A stretch of DNA of 64,000 nt from Poseidonia sp. Lineage in GTDB: Archaea > Thermoplasmatota > Poseidoniia > Poseidoniales > Poseidoniaceae. Under the pieces are notes generated by a model. That model saw only the letters and a list, made by a program, of their open reading frames with translations, was not told the origin of the DNA and made no database searches. Shown one piece after another: positions 9,829 through 24,912 of the stretch (position 1 is its first letter; every line of letters begins with the position of its first letter). Location: contig JASLVM010000004.1 of the NCBI GenBank assembly GCA_030741355.1, forward strand, positions 1,889 through 65,888, read 5' to 3'. The translations under genes and the position numbers were made by a program.

Positions 9829-11157
9829 ATGCTTGGAAGTTTCATGGCCGGGCGGAAGAAGAAAACCGTCCGCAAGGTTCGTGTCGCCCATGAACTTCCA
9901 AAACGCCGTCGAATGGCCATTGACGAAGCGATGAAAGCTCACAAAACCGAAGACAGGCCTGAGTGGGACCGTGGCTCGGATTGGGGCGATGTTCGCTTTT
10001 ACAGAAAGCGGATCAAGCCGGGAACCTTGCGAACCATTCACCTCCCTCTGCTCGATGTCAGCCTTGGTGATTCCTGGCCCATTCCTGTCACCATCATCCA
10101 CGGCGCCCGGCCGGGACCCTGCATCACGGTCTTGGGTGGAACACACGGTGATGAGTTAACCGGGCCCTCGGCCTGTACTCATCTGCTGAGCAACGCGTTT
10201 ACCGATGAAGGGAAGCCCCTCGATCCAAAAACCATGGCGGGGACGTTGCGAATCGTTCCCGTGGTCAACCTCCCCGGCTATCGCATGAAATCACGTTATT
10301 TCCCAGACGGCCGAGATTTGAACCGACAATTCCCCGGCGACCCCACGGGCTCGACGACACGACGGGTTGCTGCTCAGGTTTGGAACCATTTGGTGGAAGA
10401 CAGTGACGGCATCATCGACCTTCACAGCGCAGCGAAAGGTCGCAAAAACATGCCACAAGTTCGTGTTGACCTCACACATACAAGTTCATACTTACTCGCA
10501 AAATCCTTTGGCATCGAGATCATTCTGGATTCCGTCCCCCCCAAAGGTACGCTACGACGAACCGCCAACAGAGCCGACATCCCCGTCATCACCTACGAAG
10601 GAGGGGGCGCAGATACGCTTGGCGACCAATCGGTCAAGGTGGCCGTCCACGGGGTCATGAACGCCCTGCGTTCCATGCGCATGGTACCAGGAAACCCACA
10701 ACGTCCAAGATTCCGAATCATGGCCAGCGGCTCAACTTGGCTCCGAGCAGGCGAGGGTGGTCTGCTCGATATGTTTGTGCAGGCCGGTAGCGTCATGCGA
10801 GAAGGCGAAGTGGTGGCGACCATTTCCGACCCCGCCACGCCGGGTATGACCGTTGATATCGTGGCCCCAGAAGACGGCCTCATCATCGGTGCGGCCACCA
10901 ATCCGTTTACCGCTGCAGGCATGCCCGTTGGTCATTTCCTCCCGATTTCCAAGCACTTTGGTTTGCTGGAAGAACAAATCGATGAAAACGGCCACTTCAT
11001 CGTAAACGGAAGCCTCGAAGAACGGGTTTGGCGAGAAGAGCACGAAGTTGACGAAGTCTCGCTTGAAGGCGAATGGAGCGGCGGGAACGTTGACTCTGAA
11101 TGGGTGGGCTCAAAGTCGTCGAGTGATGAGAAAGAATTCGAAGAAGAAGGCGCTTGA
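9829..11157 (+). CDS. Succinylglutamate desuccinylase/aspartoacylase (AstE/AspA, M14-like) family protein
   Basis: VLGGTHGDELTG and DLHSA blocks are characteristic of the AstE/AspA family, and the tail is acidic. The start is uncertain: ATG at 9829 or 9844, versus 9784 in the track. Confidence 0.7.
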   Translation: MLGSFMAGRKKKTVRKVRVAHELPKRRRMAIDEAMKAHKTEDRPEWDRGSDWGDVRFYRKRIKPGTLRTIHLPLLDVSLGDSWPIPVTIIHGARPGPCITVLGGTHGDELTGPSACTHLLSNAFTDEGKPLDPKTMAGTLRIVPVVNLPGYRMKSRYFPDGRDLNRQFPGDPTGSTTRRVAAQVWNHLVEDSDGIIDLHSAAKGRKNMPQVRVDLTHTSSYLLAKSFGIEIILDSVPPKGTLRRTANRADIPVITYEGGGADTLGDQSVKVAVHGVMNALRSMRMVPGNPQRPRFRIMASGSTWLRAGEGGLLDMFVQAGSVMREGEVVATISDPATPGMTVDIVAPEDGLIIGAATNPFTAAGMPVGHFLPISKHFGLLEEQIDENGHFIVNGSLEERVWREEHEVDEVSLEGEWSGGNVDSEWVGSKSSSDEKEFEEEGA

Positions 11158-12414
11158 TCACGAAGCGCTGAACGCAGCAACCGCAGCGTGAATTTCCTCA
11201 TCCAACATGTTCCTCTTTTGGCTCTTGGCCACCTCAAAGAGATGGGCGACGAGGTCATCCTGAGCTTCAATGCCCTGTTGCTCAAGCCACCAAATGATGT
11301 TTGAACGACCGGACATATGGCCGATGCGGATGACTTGCTTCAGGCCGAAATCGCCAGCAGGCACACCGGAGTAAACACGGTCTGCAAGCCAATCGTCACC
11401 TTTTCTCATGGCCTTGATAACAGCGGAAGCGTGAACGCCAGTGCCGGTTTCAAAAGCATCCTCACCAAAGACGGGGTAGTTTCTGGGAAGTGGAACTTCG
11501 ATGTATTCGTTGGCTTTCTGCATGTACGTGTCGAGCAAGGTCAAGTCGTTGTCGATGACACCCATGAGTTTGAGATTCACCAGCGTTTGGTCAAGCGGTG
11601 CATTGCCTGCACGCTCACCCACACCCAGGGCTGTTCCGTGAATGACATCCGCACCTGCTTCAACAGCAGCGATGTTGTTGGCCACACCTAGGCCACGGTC
11701 TTGGTGACCGTGCCAATTGACCTCAATATCTCGGCGCTGATATCCAGCGTCTTTGATGACCTCCTCGTCAATGAAAGAAAGGAGTTTTTTCACGCCGTTT
11801 GGTGTTACGTGGCCGCACGTATCGCAAACGCAGAGGCGGCGGACACCGAGTTCCATGGCTCGCTGATAGATCATTTTCACATCTTCTGGGTTCGAACGCG
11901 TGGTGTCCTCGGTTACAAACATGACCGGCACGTCGTTTTCCACGGCATAGGAAACCGCCTTTTCCATGGTGCTGATGAGCTTCTCCATGGTCCAGCCTTC
12001 GGTGTATTGGCGAATTGGACTCGTGCCAAGGAAAGCCGAGGCTTGAATCTCCATCTCGTGCTTGGCCTGCATCTCCACCAGGGGTTCAATGTCGCCCATC
12101 AAGGTTCGAACAGCCGCACCTGGCCTGATAGCGTAGTCGTTCTCGCTGATGTGCGTGAGCATGGCGTCGATGTGAGACCGGTGGAAAGGACCTGCCCCCG
12201 GCAATCCCAAGTCAACCTTCTGGAGCCCGAGTTGTTCCATGTAACTCAGCAGTTCGATTTTTTGTTCAATCGTCGGGTTGCGTGCACTCGGGCTTTGCAA
12301 TCCGTCTCGCAACGTTTCATCGTCAAACCAAACGCCATGCGGGTGGTTGGATGCATCCCGCTTGAAGTCGTACTCAACCGTGTTCCAATCGTAAATCAAA
12401 GAACGCTCGTCCAT
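11158..12414 (-). CDS. HMGL-like 2-isopropylmalate/homocitrate/citramalate synthase family enzyme
   Basis: DETLRDGLQSP, CDTCGH and HGHQDRGLGVANNIAAVEAGA blocks are present. No long LeuA regulatory domain is seen. I prefer ATG at 12412-12414 with an upstream GGTGA. The alternative is GTG at 12534, overlapping the gyrA stop. Confidence 0.8.
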   Translation of the reverse strand: MDERSLIYDWNTVEYDFKRDASNHPHGVWFDDETLRDGLQSPSARNPTIEQKIELLSYMEQLGLQKVDLGLPGAGPFHRSHIDAMLTHISENDYAIRPGAAVRTLMGDIEPLVEMQAKHEMEIQASAFLGTSPIRQYTEGWTMEKLISTMEKAVSYAVENDVPVMFVTEDTTRSNPEDVKMIYQRAMELGVRRLCVCDTCGHVTPNGVKKLLSFIDEEVIKDAGYQRRDIEVNWHGHQDRGLGVANNIAAVEAGADVIHGTALGVGERAGNAPLDQTLVNLKLMGVIDNDLTLLDTYMQKANEYIEVPLPRNYPVFGEDAFETGTGVHASAVIKAMRKGDDWLADRVYSGVPAGDFGLKQVIRIGHMSGRSNIIWWLEQQGIEAQDDLVAHLFEVAKSQKRNMLDEEIHAAVAAFSAS

Positions 12415-12530
12415 CAATCTCACCGCTGAGGTGAAGACCCCCAGCACGCTTGAGAACACGCCTTCCCGTTTGAATGCGTCGCTTCCACCCACTGGTTGTG
12501 CTGAAGCACAACGCAGGCTGAGGAGGGAGC

Positions 12531-17229
<4,699 letters not shown>

Positions 17230-17279
17230 CTAAATCGCAAACGTGCCGTTTCTCTCCTCTAAATTCTACTGCTCGTTAC

Positions 17280-17297
17280 GGGGTATAAAGATACCCC
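17280..17297. promoter_or_regulatory. Perfect 7-bp-arm palindrome GGGGTAT-AAAG-ATACCCC containing TATAAA
   Basis: Read directly in the 298-bp gyrB/aroD divergent spacer, the largest non-coding gap in the window. Its function (TATA box versus regulator site) is not established. Confidence 0.4.
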
Positions 17298-17479
17298 AAT
17301 CGCACCCTGAAAAACGAGGTATTGCGGACCATTTTACCGCCTCCAAAACCGTGTGGAACGCCTTGGATTTCATCGGGTGAAAATCATGGCGGAAATCGGA
17401 CAGAATATCGGATATATCGAAGACATCTTGTTGGAACCCGATGCGTGAGCGTTAAGAAGAGGGCACAAATGGAGCGGTC

Positions 17480-18277
17480 ATGGCTGACCCAAAAGTGTGC
17501 GTCTCGCTGGAAGGCACGACCGTGAAGGAAATGGCTGATGAAGCAGCACGGGCCAACCTAGCCGGTGCTGACTTTGTTGAAGTTCGATTTGACCGTTTGT
17601 ACCTCAAGCGACCCGAAGCCGAGGCAGTGGAAGATGAAGATGGCGAAGTCAAGCACATCATGCCCCCTGACAATGAATGGCCGGTCCGAGAGATGGACAG
17701 CATCGATGTTGATGAATCGATCCAGAACCTCAAGGAGAGCATCCCCCTTCCCGTTATTTTCACCGTCCGCCCCAAAGAAGAAGGCGGCTACTACCCAGGT
17801 GGAGAAGACGAGCGAATCGCTGTTCTTGAGAAAGCCATCGATTCCGGAGTCAATTCCATTGACCTTGAATTGTCCATTGAGGAAGGTGCAAGGTCATCGC
17901 TCCTTGAGAAGGCCACTTCAAGCAAGGTGAGCATCATCTCATCCATCCACAACACATCAACCACACCAAGTGCGGATGAACTGGTCAGCATGGTCAAGGA
18001 ACACGCCAAGGAAGGCGAGATTTTCAAATTCTGTGGCACGGTCAACGACCACCAGGATGCACTCCAAATCGTGGAAGCCAGCCATGAGCTCAAGACCTCT
18101 TCACACGCCTATGCCATGATGGCACTCGGAAACGGTGGCGACTGGGCACGCCTCCACGCTCCTGTTCTGGGTCAATCCCTTGTCTACGCAACCTTGCGTT
18201 CGGAATTCAAACTCTCAAACAAAGGACTTGTGAACATTCGAGACCTCAAGAACGCTTGGACGCTCATGGAATACTGA
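17480..18277 (+). CDS. aroD: 3-dehydroquinate dehydratase, type I
   Basis: It aligns by eye along its length with type I DHQase: VCVSLEG, EVRFDRL, LPVIFTVRPKEEGG, SIHNTSTTP (His region) and IFKFCG (Schiff-base Lys region). Confidence 0.8.
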   Translation: MADPKVCVSLEGTTVKEMADEAARANLAGADFVEVRFDRLYLKRPEAEAVEDEDGEVKHIMPPDNEWPVREMDSIDVDESIQNLKESIPLPVIFTVRPKEEGGYYPGGEDERIAVLEKAIDSGVNSIDLELSIEEGARSSLLEKATSSKVSIISSIHNTSTTPSADELVSMVKEHAKEGEIFKFCGTVNDHQDALQIVEASHELKTSSHAYAMMALGNGGDWARLHAPVLGQSLVYATLRSEFKLSNKGLVNIRDLKNAWTLMEY

Positions 18278-19310
18278 GATCGACTTCGGTTTCTGAAGCG
18301 GCTTCCTGCTCGAGATACGGCACCGATTTCTCGTTGACCGGCGAGGAGTCGCCCAAACCTGATTCCATGTATCGCTTGTTCAAGACCACTGGAACGACAA
18401 CAACAGCCGCCAAGGCAACAAAGAGTGTGAGCGGTACGGTCCACGGTGGCAGAAGGGCTGTACGTTCAACGGGTATGACGGTCACATCGGCCACCAAAAC
18501 ACTGCTGATTGGGGCTGCATCGCCGTCGTTGGTGTTGTCCCAACCGTCAATGACCAAATAGAAATCTTGCCACTCCGAACCTCCGAACAGAGAATTGTAG
18601 ACCTCCGGCCCGTCCATGGCGATGGAGAAGGTTACTTGCTGCGTGGATTCATACTGATGGACATCTCGGTAGCTCTGCCACCCCAATGGATTGAAACTGC
18701 GCCATTCAGGTGGAATGTCGCTGAGGAGTTCGGAATCATCTCCCCCGATGTCAAAATCGCCCCACCACCAGCCTCCGTGCATCATACGATAGACTTCTTC
18801 ATACGAGTTGTACTGAGAGGTGGTCATAAGGTAAACATCGGCATCTGCCGGAACGGTGTTGTTGTCAACCAACTCGTACAACGAGACACAAAACGTGGTT
18901 CGATGAGCGCTGGAGAGATTAAATCGAAGCATCCCCGAACTGTCGTTGCCAATTTGCAGGGAGGTGTATTGACCGGTCGTTAACGGGTCAAGCGTTGGCA
19001 ACGGGTACGTTGGATTGTACATCCACTGCTCCTCAGGATGGAGGTTTGGATCCCACGCACCCGAAGACATGCTTTGCGATTTACCAGAATCCCCCTCATC
19101 TTCCTCGTAGTACATGTCTTCGTACATGTAGGGCATGCCCCAGTTGGAAAAGGGCACAAGCGCCATTCGTTGAGCCGTCGTGTTCCAGTCGGGTGCAAGG
19201 ACCTCTCCTTCGCAAGCAGAGGCCGCTTGAGCGGGCTGAATCGTCCCCATCGAGGACGAGAAAATCGCAGCGATGAGCACAAACAACATCGCCTTGCTGC
19301 TCAGTTGCAT
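18264..19310 (-). CDS. Secreted, C-terminally anchored protein of unknown function
   Basis: It has a signal-like N-terminus (AMLFVLIAAIFSSSMGTIQPAQA), a Trp/Tyr/acidic-rich body and a C-terminal helix (LTLFVALAAVVVVPVVL). It lies 46 nt downstream of the PKD metalloprotease gene. Confidence 0.55.
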   Translation of the reverse strand: MQLSSKAMLFVLIAAIFSSSMGTIQPAQAASACEGEVLAPDWNTTAQRMALVPFSNWGMPYMYEDMYYEEDEGDSGKSQSMSSGAWDPNLHPEEQWMYNPTYPLPTLDPLTTGQYTSLQIGNDSSGMLRFNLSSAHRTTFCVSLYELVDNNTVPADADVYLMTTSQYNSYEEVYRMMHGGWWWGDFDIGGDDSELLSDIPPEWRSFNPLGWQSYRDVHQYESTQQVTFSIAMDGPEVYNSLFGGSEWQDFYLVIDGWDNTNDGDAAPISSVLVADVTVIPVERTALLPPWTVPLTLFVALAAVVVVPVVLNKRYMESGLGDSSPVNEKSVPYLEQEAASETEVDLSIP

Positions 19311-19356
19311 GCTGCCACCGGTGCCTTGTTGTTGCCGCCGGCTTTAGGACATTGCC

Positions 19357-22300
19357 TCAACGACGACGAAGGGGGCGAACATATCCACTGTCGTCGCTGC
19401 GCCGTTCCTCCTTCGAAAGAATCTTGGGCGCAGGCGGAGGCATGTGATGGTCCATACCGAGTAAGCCGCCTTGTGTCTCGACGTGTTCAATGTCCGTGTA
19501 GGTCTCGGCTGCATCTTTGGCGTCCTCTTCAATCGACGATGGTTCACGCATGACCAGCCAGCCAAGCACGAGAGCGACAACGATGAGGGCGATGAACGTC
19601 GCCAGGTCAGAACCCGCATCGGCGACCCAAGACTTCCATTCATCTGCACTGAAATCTGAGAGGGAAGGCGGTCCCTCGGGCTCCGGTACGACCTCAATAT
19701 CCTCGGTCAAGACGTCGCATTGACCCATGCCATCACAGACTTCGACCAGAACGGTGTAGAAGCCGGTGGCGTCCCACGTGTTGATGGTTCTTACCGGTGA
19801 ACCGGCGATGGGCGTCAGCCAGTCGTTCATCGGGTCGCCATCTTCGTCCGTATCGGTTTCAATATCGAAATCCCAGCGAACGGTGTATTCGGTTGAAATT
19901 CGTTCATCTCGCTCGGTGATCGAGCCGTCGTCAACGTCTAGGTCTCGGTAGATCTCCATCTCAGACCCTGCTTCTTCGTCGAAAACATCTGCGTCAAATG
20001 AGATTGACGAGCCGACAAAGATGTTCTCAGGGACGTAGATTTCACGAGCCATCGGTGGATGGTCCACGATGACCGTGAAGGTCTCTCGTGACACGTCCCC
20101 CGTGCCGAAGCCATCTCGAACCGTTAACGAAACCGTGTAGGTTCCCGGGAGCGTGTAGGCGTGCCAGGGAGTGGCTTCGTGGACCAGCGGCGTTGCATCG
20201 CCAAAGTCCCAAGTGTACTGGACCAATCCGTTCCAATCGGGAGATTCAACTTCAAAGGGCACGTATTTCCCTTCGAATTGTCGGTCGCCGTCTCGGGTGC
20301 CAGAGGAGTCAAAATACAGCATTCGTTCAGGCGCAGTGACCACCGCTCCGTCTTCGTTGAACGTGTGAGACCACCCGTCGGGTACGGAACCTTCTGGGAA
20401 GACCGATGAGGTCGTGATCAATTCACCACCGAGGTAGCCATCCAGAATTCGGACTTGAATGAGCGGAAGCGGGTTTGAAATTCGAACCGTCATGGTGCGT
20501 GGGAAGCTCTCAAGGCCGTCCTTATCGGTCACGATGAGGGTCACGGTGTGGACACCCGGCGTGGTAAAGGTGTGCGTGACTTGAGGGCGGTCGCCAAATG
20601 TTCCGTCGGAGAAGGTCCAATTCCACACTTCGATGTCCGTTGAATCACCGACACCACCGTCCGGGTCGCTGCTGTCGAGGCCGTCAAAGACGTAAGCGAC
20701 ATCAACATCACCGTCTTCCTCTCTGAAATCAACTTCTTTGGATCCCGTGGCCGAGAGCGTACGCACATCGAAAGTTGCAACAGGCATTTGATTCAGGACC
20801 ACGATGGTCAATACTGCTGTGGCTTGGCTACCGTCGTCGTCGGTGACCGTCAGCGTGATCGTTTTGTTCCCCGGGACATCCCAAGCCACGATGGGGTTGA
20901 CAGCACTGCTTGTGATGGCCGAAAAATCATCGTTTCTTGTGGGCGTTCCGGTGCCAACTCGGACCCCATCGGGGAAGGACCAGTCGTAGGTCAGAATTTC
21001 TCCATCATCGTCCACAAAGACATCTGGCAACACCAAACTTGTGTAGGTCATGGTGGTCATGGTTTCGGCAAAGATTTGCACAGGAACCCTGTTGTTGACA
21101 CTGACCTGTATGGTTTTGACCCCGGCGTTGATGCCATCGGAAACGGTAAGGGTGAGGTTGAAGACGGCGCTCTCACCGTTGATTTCACTCCACTCATGCT
21201 GTTCAGCATAGGCTCCCATGCCTCCGCTGGTCGTTCCATCGCCCCAATTCCACTGGAAGTCCAGATTTTGAATGGGAACGTTGTCAACGGTCCGTCCTGC
21301 TGAGAACAGGATTCTCTGGCCGGTCAGCAACGAGATGTTATTCTCAATGACCACGTTGTTGACCGTGATGATTGGCACGGGTTCGGAATCGTCGCTCACG
21401 TTGATGAGGTGCACCTGCGTTTCCGACCACGTACCTCCTCGGTCTTGCACACGTAATGTGGCGTTGTAGGACCCCACATCGGTGTACGAACGAAGAGGTG
21501 ATTTGAGGTTGGAAGAGGCGTTGTCTCCGAAGACCCAAGCATAGGCGGTTGGTGCATCGAGGTAGGGTAAGCTGTTGTTGGACAGCGACAAGCCCCAAGC
21601 ATCAAATCCAGCGCCTTGGAATTGGATGTTTTCCCAGGTCTGAACCTCGGTGAGGGAAACGCTACCGTTGGCCACGGGTTTCATGTTATTCAGCATCTGA
21701 GGTGAAGTTTGGAGGGTGTCGACGACTTCCCCGAGCATGTCCTTCATGACCATCTCAAAGGCGTACTGGTCAGCGAGCGGAGCCGTGAAGAAGACTTGTC
21801 CGTCAACCGACACGCCACCGCCGGCGGCCACACGGTCGGTGGTTGAATCAACGAGTTGGCCGCTGCTATCTCGGACATTGATTTGAACGTCCAAGTCCTC
21901 GAAGAACGCATTGGAAAGGACGCCGTAGTTGATGGACACCGTATCCTCCATCCCGTCGCCGTCACGGTCAGAGAGAACCGTATTGTTCAAAGAAAGCGTT
22001 GCAGGCGACGTGATGCGAGCCGCTTCAATATCGACGATACCCTCTGGATAGGACGGTCCACAGGACGTGTAATCGCAATCGGCCACCGTTGAAGCATACC
22101 AGGTGATGACCCAGACTTCGTCGGTCAGGTTTCCGAACCCGGGAACGAGTCCCGTTGCGATGTTGTTGACGAAATCGAGGTCGGTCACGCTCCAAAGGCC
22201 ATCGGAGACGGCCTTGGTCACGATCACTCCGTCAAATTGGTTCCTGTCGGCGGTTAAGCGGAGCGTAAGCGGTGCTGGAGAAGCACTGCCTGGCGTGAAC

Positions 22301-23562
22301 TTGAACGAACGAATTCCCCAGCCTTCGAGGGTGTTTCCAGTGGATGACCAAGGCGTGGACCAATCGCTGTTGATTTCGGTTGGCTGGGCACGACAGAACG
22401 TACCTCCGCTGCACTGCGGATTCAAATTGAGGTTTGGATAGCCGTAAATGCCTTGGTCGGAATCGAGGGTCGCTGCGATGCTAAAATTGGCAAAGATTTC
22501 GCCCATGGTTCTGCCAAGAAGGCCAACTTGGCCTGCCTGTGGCGAGAGAGCGAGGTTCTCAACGCCTCGTCCTCCAGTAGCGGAATCTTGAACGAGTTGG
22601 CGAACAGCAGGACCGCCTCCGAGGTGTTCTGCAAGGTACATTGTAAACATGTAGCCAGCCCCATAATCGGCGATGCGTTGGTTCCACCACCGCACCGATT
22701 GTTCAGGGGCTGCGGTCCAAGCGTTGACGTGCCCGGTGAGGGTGGAATCTGCACCAAAGCAGAGGTAGATGGCAACATCGGCGTTGCCTTCGTCAATCCA
22801 AAGGTTCTCGTAGGGATCCAAGGCGTTGTGCAACAAATGTTCGAGTTCGTGGGCAAGAATGGAACGTCCCCAAGACAAGGTGATGTCTGCGTAGTCAACG
22901 AAGACCGATTCGGTAGAACTTGAAAGCGAGGGGGCAAAATATCCTCCTGTGTTGTAGGCTCCATCTATATCGTAGATGACAATCTGGACTTGGCAGTTGT
23001 TGTCAATGTCGGGTGGAGCCAGTCCACGCCCGTCTTGGTAGTCCTTTCCGTAGTAGGTTGTCATGGTGGGGTAAATGGTTGAATCCCACGTGCTTGCGAG
23101 GTTGTTGAGGACCGTGGAAGATAGCGTTCGGCCGCTTTGTACGATGAAGGCGACGGTGTTGGTGGTTTTGGCGACATAGGCAGAAATCGACCCGCCTGAA
23201 ATGGGCACGGTCAAGGTGTCGCCGACGGAGTGAGGCGTACAAGCACGTCCACTTGAACGGGCCATGGAAGGTTCGACCACCATGTCATCAACACCGGGGC
23301 GGCCAGCGTCAACCCATGCTTGTCGCATGAATTGCGTGGCCGAAACCACGGGTTCATCTTCGTGAATAAACAAGTACTCACTTCCATCACCGGGATTGAA
23401 TTCTTCGAGATCTCCGATGATGGTTCCTCCGGCGTTGTAGGTCGGCGTGGATGAAGATTCCTCTCCACCTTCAGCCGCGACGGAGAGCAACAACGGCGCC
23501 GTGCTCGAGAGGAGCATGAGGAGCATGAACGCAATGGCTGGACTGGAGCGTCGTTCCGACAT
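19357..23562 (-). CDS. Giant extracellular zinc metalloprotease with multiple PKD-like repeats and a C-terminal membrane anchor
   Basis: The start was trimmed to ATG 23560-23562 (MSERRSSPAIAFMLLMLLSS signal). A gluzincin-like motif AHELEHLLHNALDPYENLWIDEGNAD is present. PKD-type W-x-(W/F)-(G/S)-DG motifs recur (WNWGDGTT, YDWSFPDGV, WNWTFSDGT, YTWDFGDAT). The anchor is LATFIALIVVALVLGWLVM. Confidence 0.8.
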   Translation of the reverse strand: MSERRSSPAIAFMLLMLLSSTAPLLLSVAAEGGEESSSTPTYNAGGTIIGDLEEFNPGDGSEYLFIHEDEPVVSATQFMRQAWVDAGRPGVDDMVVEPSMARSSGRACTPHSVGDTLTVPISGGSISAYVAKTTNTVAFIVQSGRTLSSTVLNNLASTWDSTIYPTMTTYYGKDYQDGRGLAPPDIDNNCQVQIVIYDIDGAYNTGGYFAPSLSSSTESVFVDYADITLSWGRSILAHELEHLLHNALDPYENLWIDEGNADVAIYLCFGADSTLTGHVNAWTAAPEQSVRWWNQRIADYGAGYMFTMYLAEHLGGGPAVRQLVQDSATGGRGVENLALSPQAGQVGLLGRTMGEIFANFSIAATLDSDQGIYGYPNLNLNPQCSGGTFCRAQPTEINSDWSTPWSSTGNTLEGWGIRSFKFTPGSASPAPLTLRLTADRNQFDGVIVTKAVSDGLWSVTDLDFVNNIATGLVPGFGNLTDEVWVITWYASTVADCDYTSCGPSYPEGIVDIEAARITSPATLSLNNTVLSDRDGDGMEDTVSINYGVLSNAFFEDLDVQINVRDSSGQLVDSTTDRVAAGGGVSVDGQVFFTAPLADQYAFEMVMKDMLGEVVDTLQTSPQMLNNMKPVANGSVSLTEVQTWENIQFQGAGFDAWGLSLSNNSLPYLDAPTAYAWVFGDNASSNLKSPLRSYTDVGSYNATLRVQDRGGTWSETQVHLINVSDDSEPVPIITVNNVVIENNISLLTGQRILFSAGRTVDNVPIQNLDFQWNWGDGTTSGGMGAYAEQHEWSEINGESAVFNLTLTVSDGINAGVKTIQVSVNNRVPVQIFAETMTTMTYTSLVLPDVFVDDDGEILTYDWSFPDGVRVGTGTPTRNDDFSAITSSAVNPIVAWDVPGNKTITLTVTDDDGSQATAVLTIVVLNQMPVATFDVRTLSATGSKEVDFREEDGDVDVAYVFDGLDSSDPDGGVGDSTDIEVWNWTFSDGTFGDRPQVTHTFTTPGVHTVTLIVTDKDGLESFPRTMTVRISNPLPLIQVRILDGYLGGELITTSSVFPEGSVPDGWSHTFNEDGAVVTAPERMLYFDSSGTRDGDRQFEGKYVPFEVESPDWNGLVQYTWDFGDATPLVHEATPWHAYTLPGTYTVSLTVRDGFGTGDVSRETFTVIVDHPPMAREIYVPENIFVGSSISFDADVFDEEAGSEMEIYRDLDVDDGSITERDERISTEYTVRWDFDIETDTDEDGDPMNDWLTPIAGSPVRTINTWDATGFYTVLVEVCDGMGQCDVLTEDIEVVPEPEGPPSLSDFSADEWKSWVADAGSDLATFIALIVVALVLGWLVMREPSSIEEDAKDAAETYTDIEHVETQGGLLGMDHHMPPPAPKILSKEERRSDDSGYVRPLRRR

Positions 23563-23649
23563 AAAAAACACCAAGAAGAATCGTAAGACTGATTCCCAAT
23601 TCTACCAGAAGAAAGGAGGTATTTAAGAGTCCGTGGTTGAGGCATCATC

Positions 23650-24843
23650 ATGGAACAGGGGATTGTAACTCGAAAGGCACCCCGTTCAGCCCTCTATGCC
23701 TGCATAACAATGATGTTGGTGGCGACGATGGCCCAGGGGTCTTTGACGACCAACGCACCCTACCATCAGGTCGACCGCTGCGCGTTGGTCGATGACCTGC
23801 AATTCGACGGACAAGCAGCCAATGCTTCGGTTCAATGGCAAGTGGACCTCGGGCCACGCCTTCCGGGCAGCAATGTCTCCAAGGCCTTTCGACAAACCAT
23901 CACCGACCATTTGACAACGCTTGGCTACGAGGTAACCCAACAGGAGCACCAGCGCTATGACATGAATTTGACCAATGTATTTGCAACCTGGACGCCCAAC
24001 GGAACCTCCACGGGCACCCTCGTGTTGTCCGCTCATTATGACTCAAGAAACATGGCCGACCAAGATGATAACGAGAACAACCGTACACTCCCGGTCCCCG
24101 GCGCTAACGATGCCGCCAGTGGCGTTGCCGTCCTGCTTGAACTCGCCAACCACATTCCTTCAATGGGCTTGGACCACGAGGTCGTCTTGTTCTTCAACGA
24201 TGCAGAAGATCAAGACCAACAATACACCCTGGGTGCCGAAGCATGGGCCGAAAATTTGACCCAAAGTGAAATCGCCTCAACCCACGCGTTTGTGTTGTTG
24301 GATATGGTGGGCGATGCAGACCTTCAACTTCACAATGTCCTCCCCGGTAATGAAACGCTGAAATCTCGAGTGGTAGAATTGGGAACCGACCTCGGCCTCG
24401 TGAACGGCACCGTTGACTGCCGTGGAGGGGCCGGCCTTGATGTGGTTCAATACGATACACTCGTCGGCGTTCTGGACGACCACGTCCATGCTGATGCCCT
24501 CGGCATCCCGAGCATCGACATCATGGACACCTCGTACGGCGAACCGAAACCCTACACCTTCGGAAGCTATTGGCACACCATGGAAGATACACCCGACAAG
24601 GTCAGCGCTGAATCCTTGGGCGCTGTTGGGAGGTTGGTTGAATTGGGATTGCGAACCCAAGCCTTTGTTAATCTTGGAGAGGAAAATGAAAGCGGTGATG
24701 ACCATCCATCACACGCAGGTTCAGGTGCAGATGTTGAAGATGAGGTTTCAACGGGTTCGAAGACGCTTGCATCGCTTGCCGCCGTCGGTTTATTCTCCAT
24801 CATTGGGTGCATTCTCCTGGTCGAATGGAAGGGGAAGCCCTGA
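23650..24843 (+). CDS. M28-family aminopeptidase, membrane anchored
   Basis: SAHYDSR and GANDAASGVAVLLELA blocks are typical of M28. There is a hydrophobic N-terminus and a C-terminal helix (LAAVGLFSIIGCILLV). Confidence 0.8.
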   Translation: MEQGIVTRKAPRSALYACITMMLVATMAQGSLTTNAPYHQVDRCALVDDLQFDGQAANASVQWQVDLGPRLPGSNVSKAFRQTITDHLTTLGYEVTQQEHQRYDMNLTNVFATWTPNGTSTGTLVLSAHYDSRNMADQDDNENNRTLPVPGANDAASGVAVLLELANHIPSMGLDHEVVLFFNDAEDQDQQYTLGAEAWAENLTQSEIASTHAFVLLDMVGDADLQLHNVLPGNETLKSRVVELGTDLGLVNGTVDCRGGAGLDVVQYDTLVGVLDDHVHADALGIPSIDIMDTSYGEPKPYTFGSYWHTMEDTPDKVSAESLGAVGRLVELGLRTQAFVNLGEENESGDDHPSHAGSGADVEDEVSTGSKTLASLAAVGLFSIIGCILLVEWKGKP

Positions 24844-24912
24844 TGCAGGTACGCGGTGCACAAGCAAAGAGGTATTATCCGCGCACGCATTGGCCGTAAC
24901 AGGAGGGCCACC

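Noticed and set aside
17386-17448. 20-codon micro-ORF (MAEIGQNIGYIEDILLEPDA) with upstream GGGTGA in the gyrB/aroD spacer; considered as an aromatic-pathway leader peptide.
   Set aside because: It has only one aromatic residue and no run of regulatory codons. No terminator or antiterminator pairing is evident. Chance ORFs of this size are expected.
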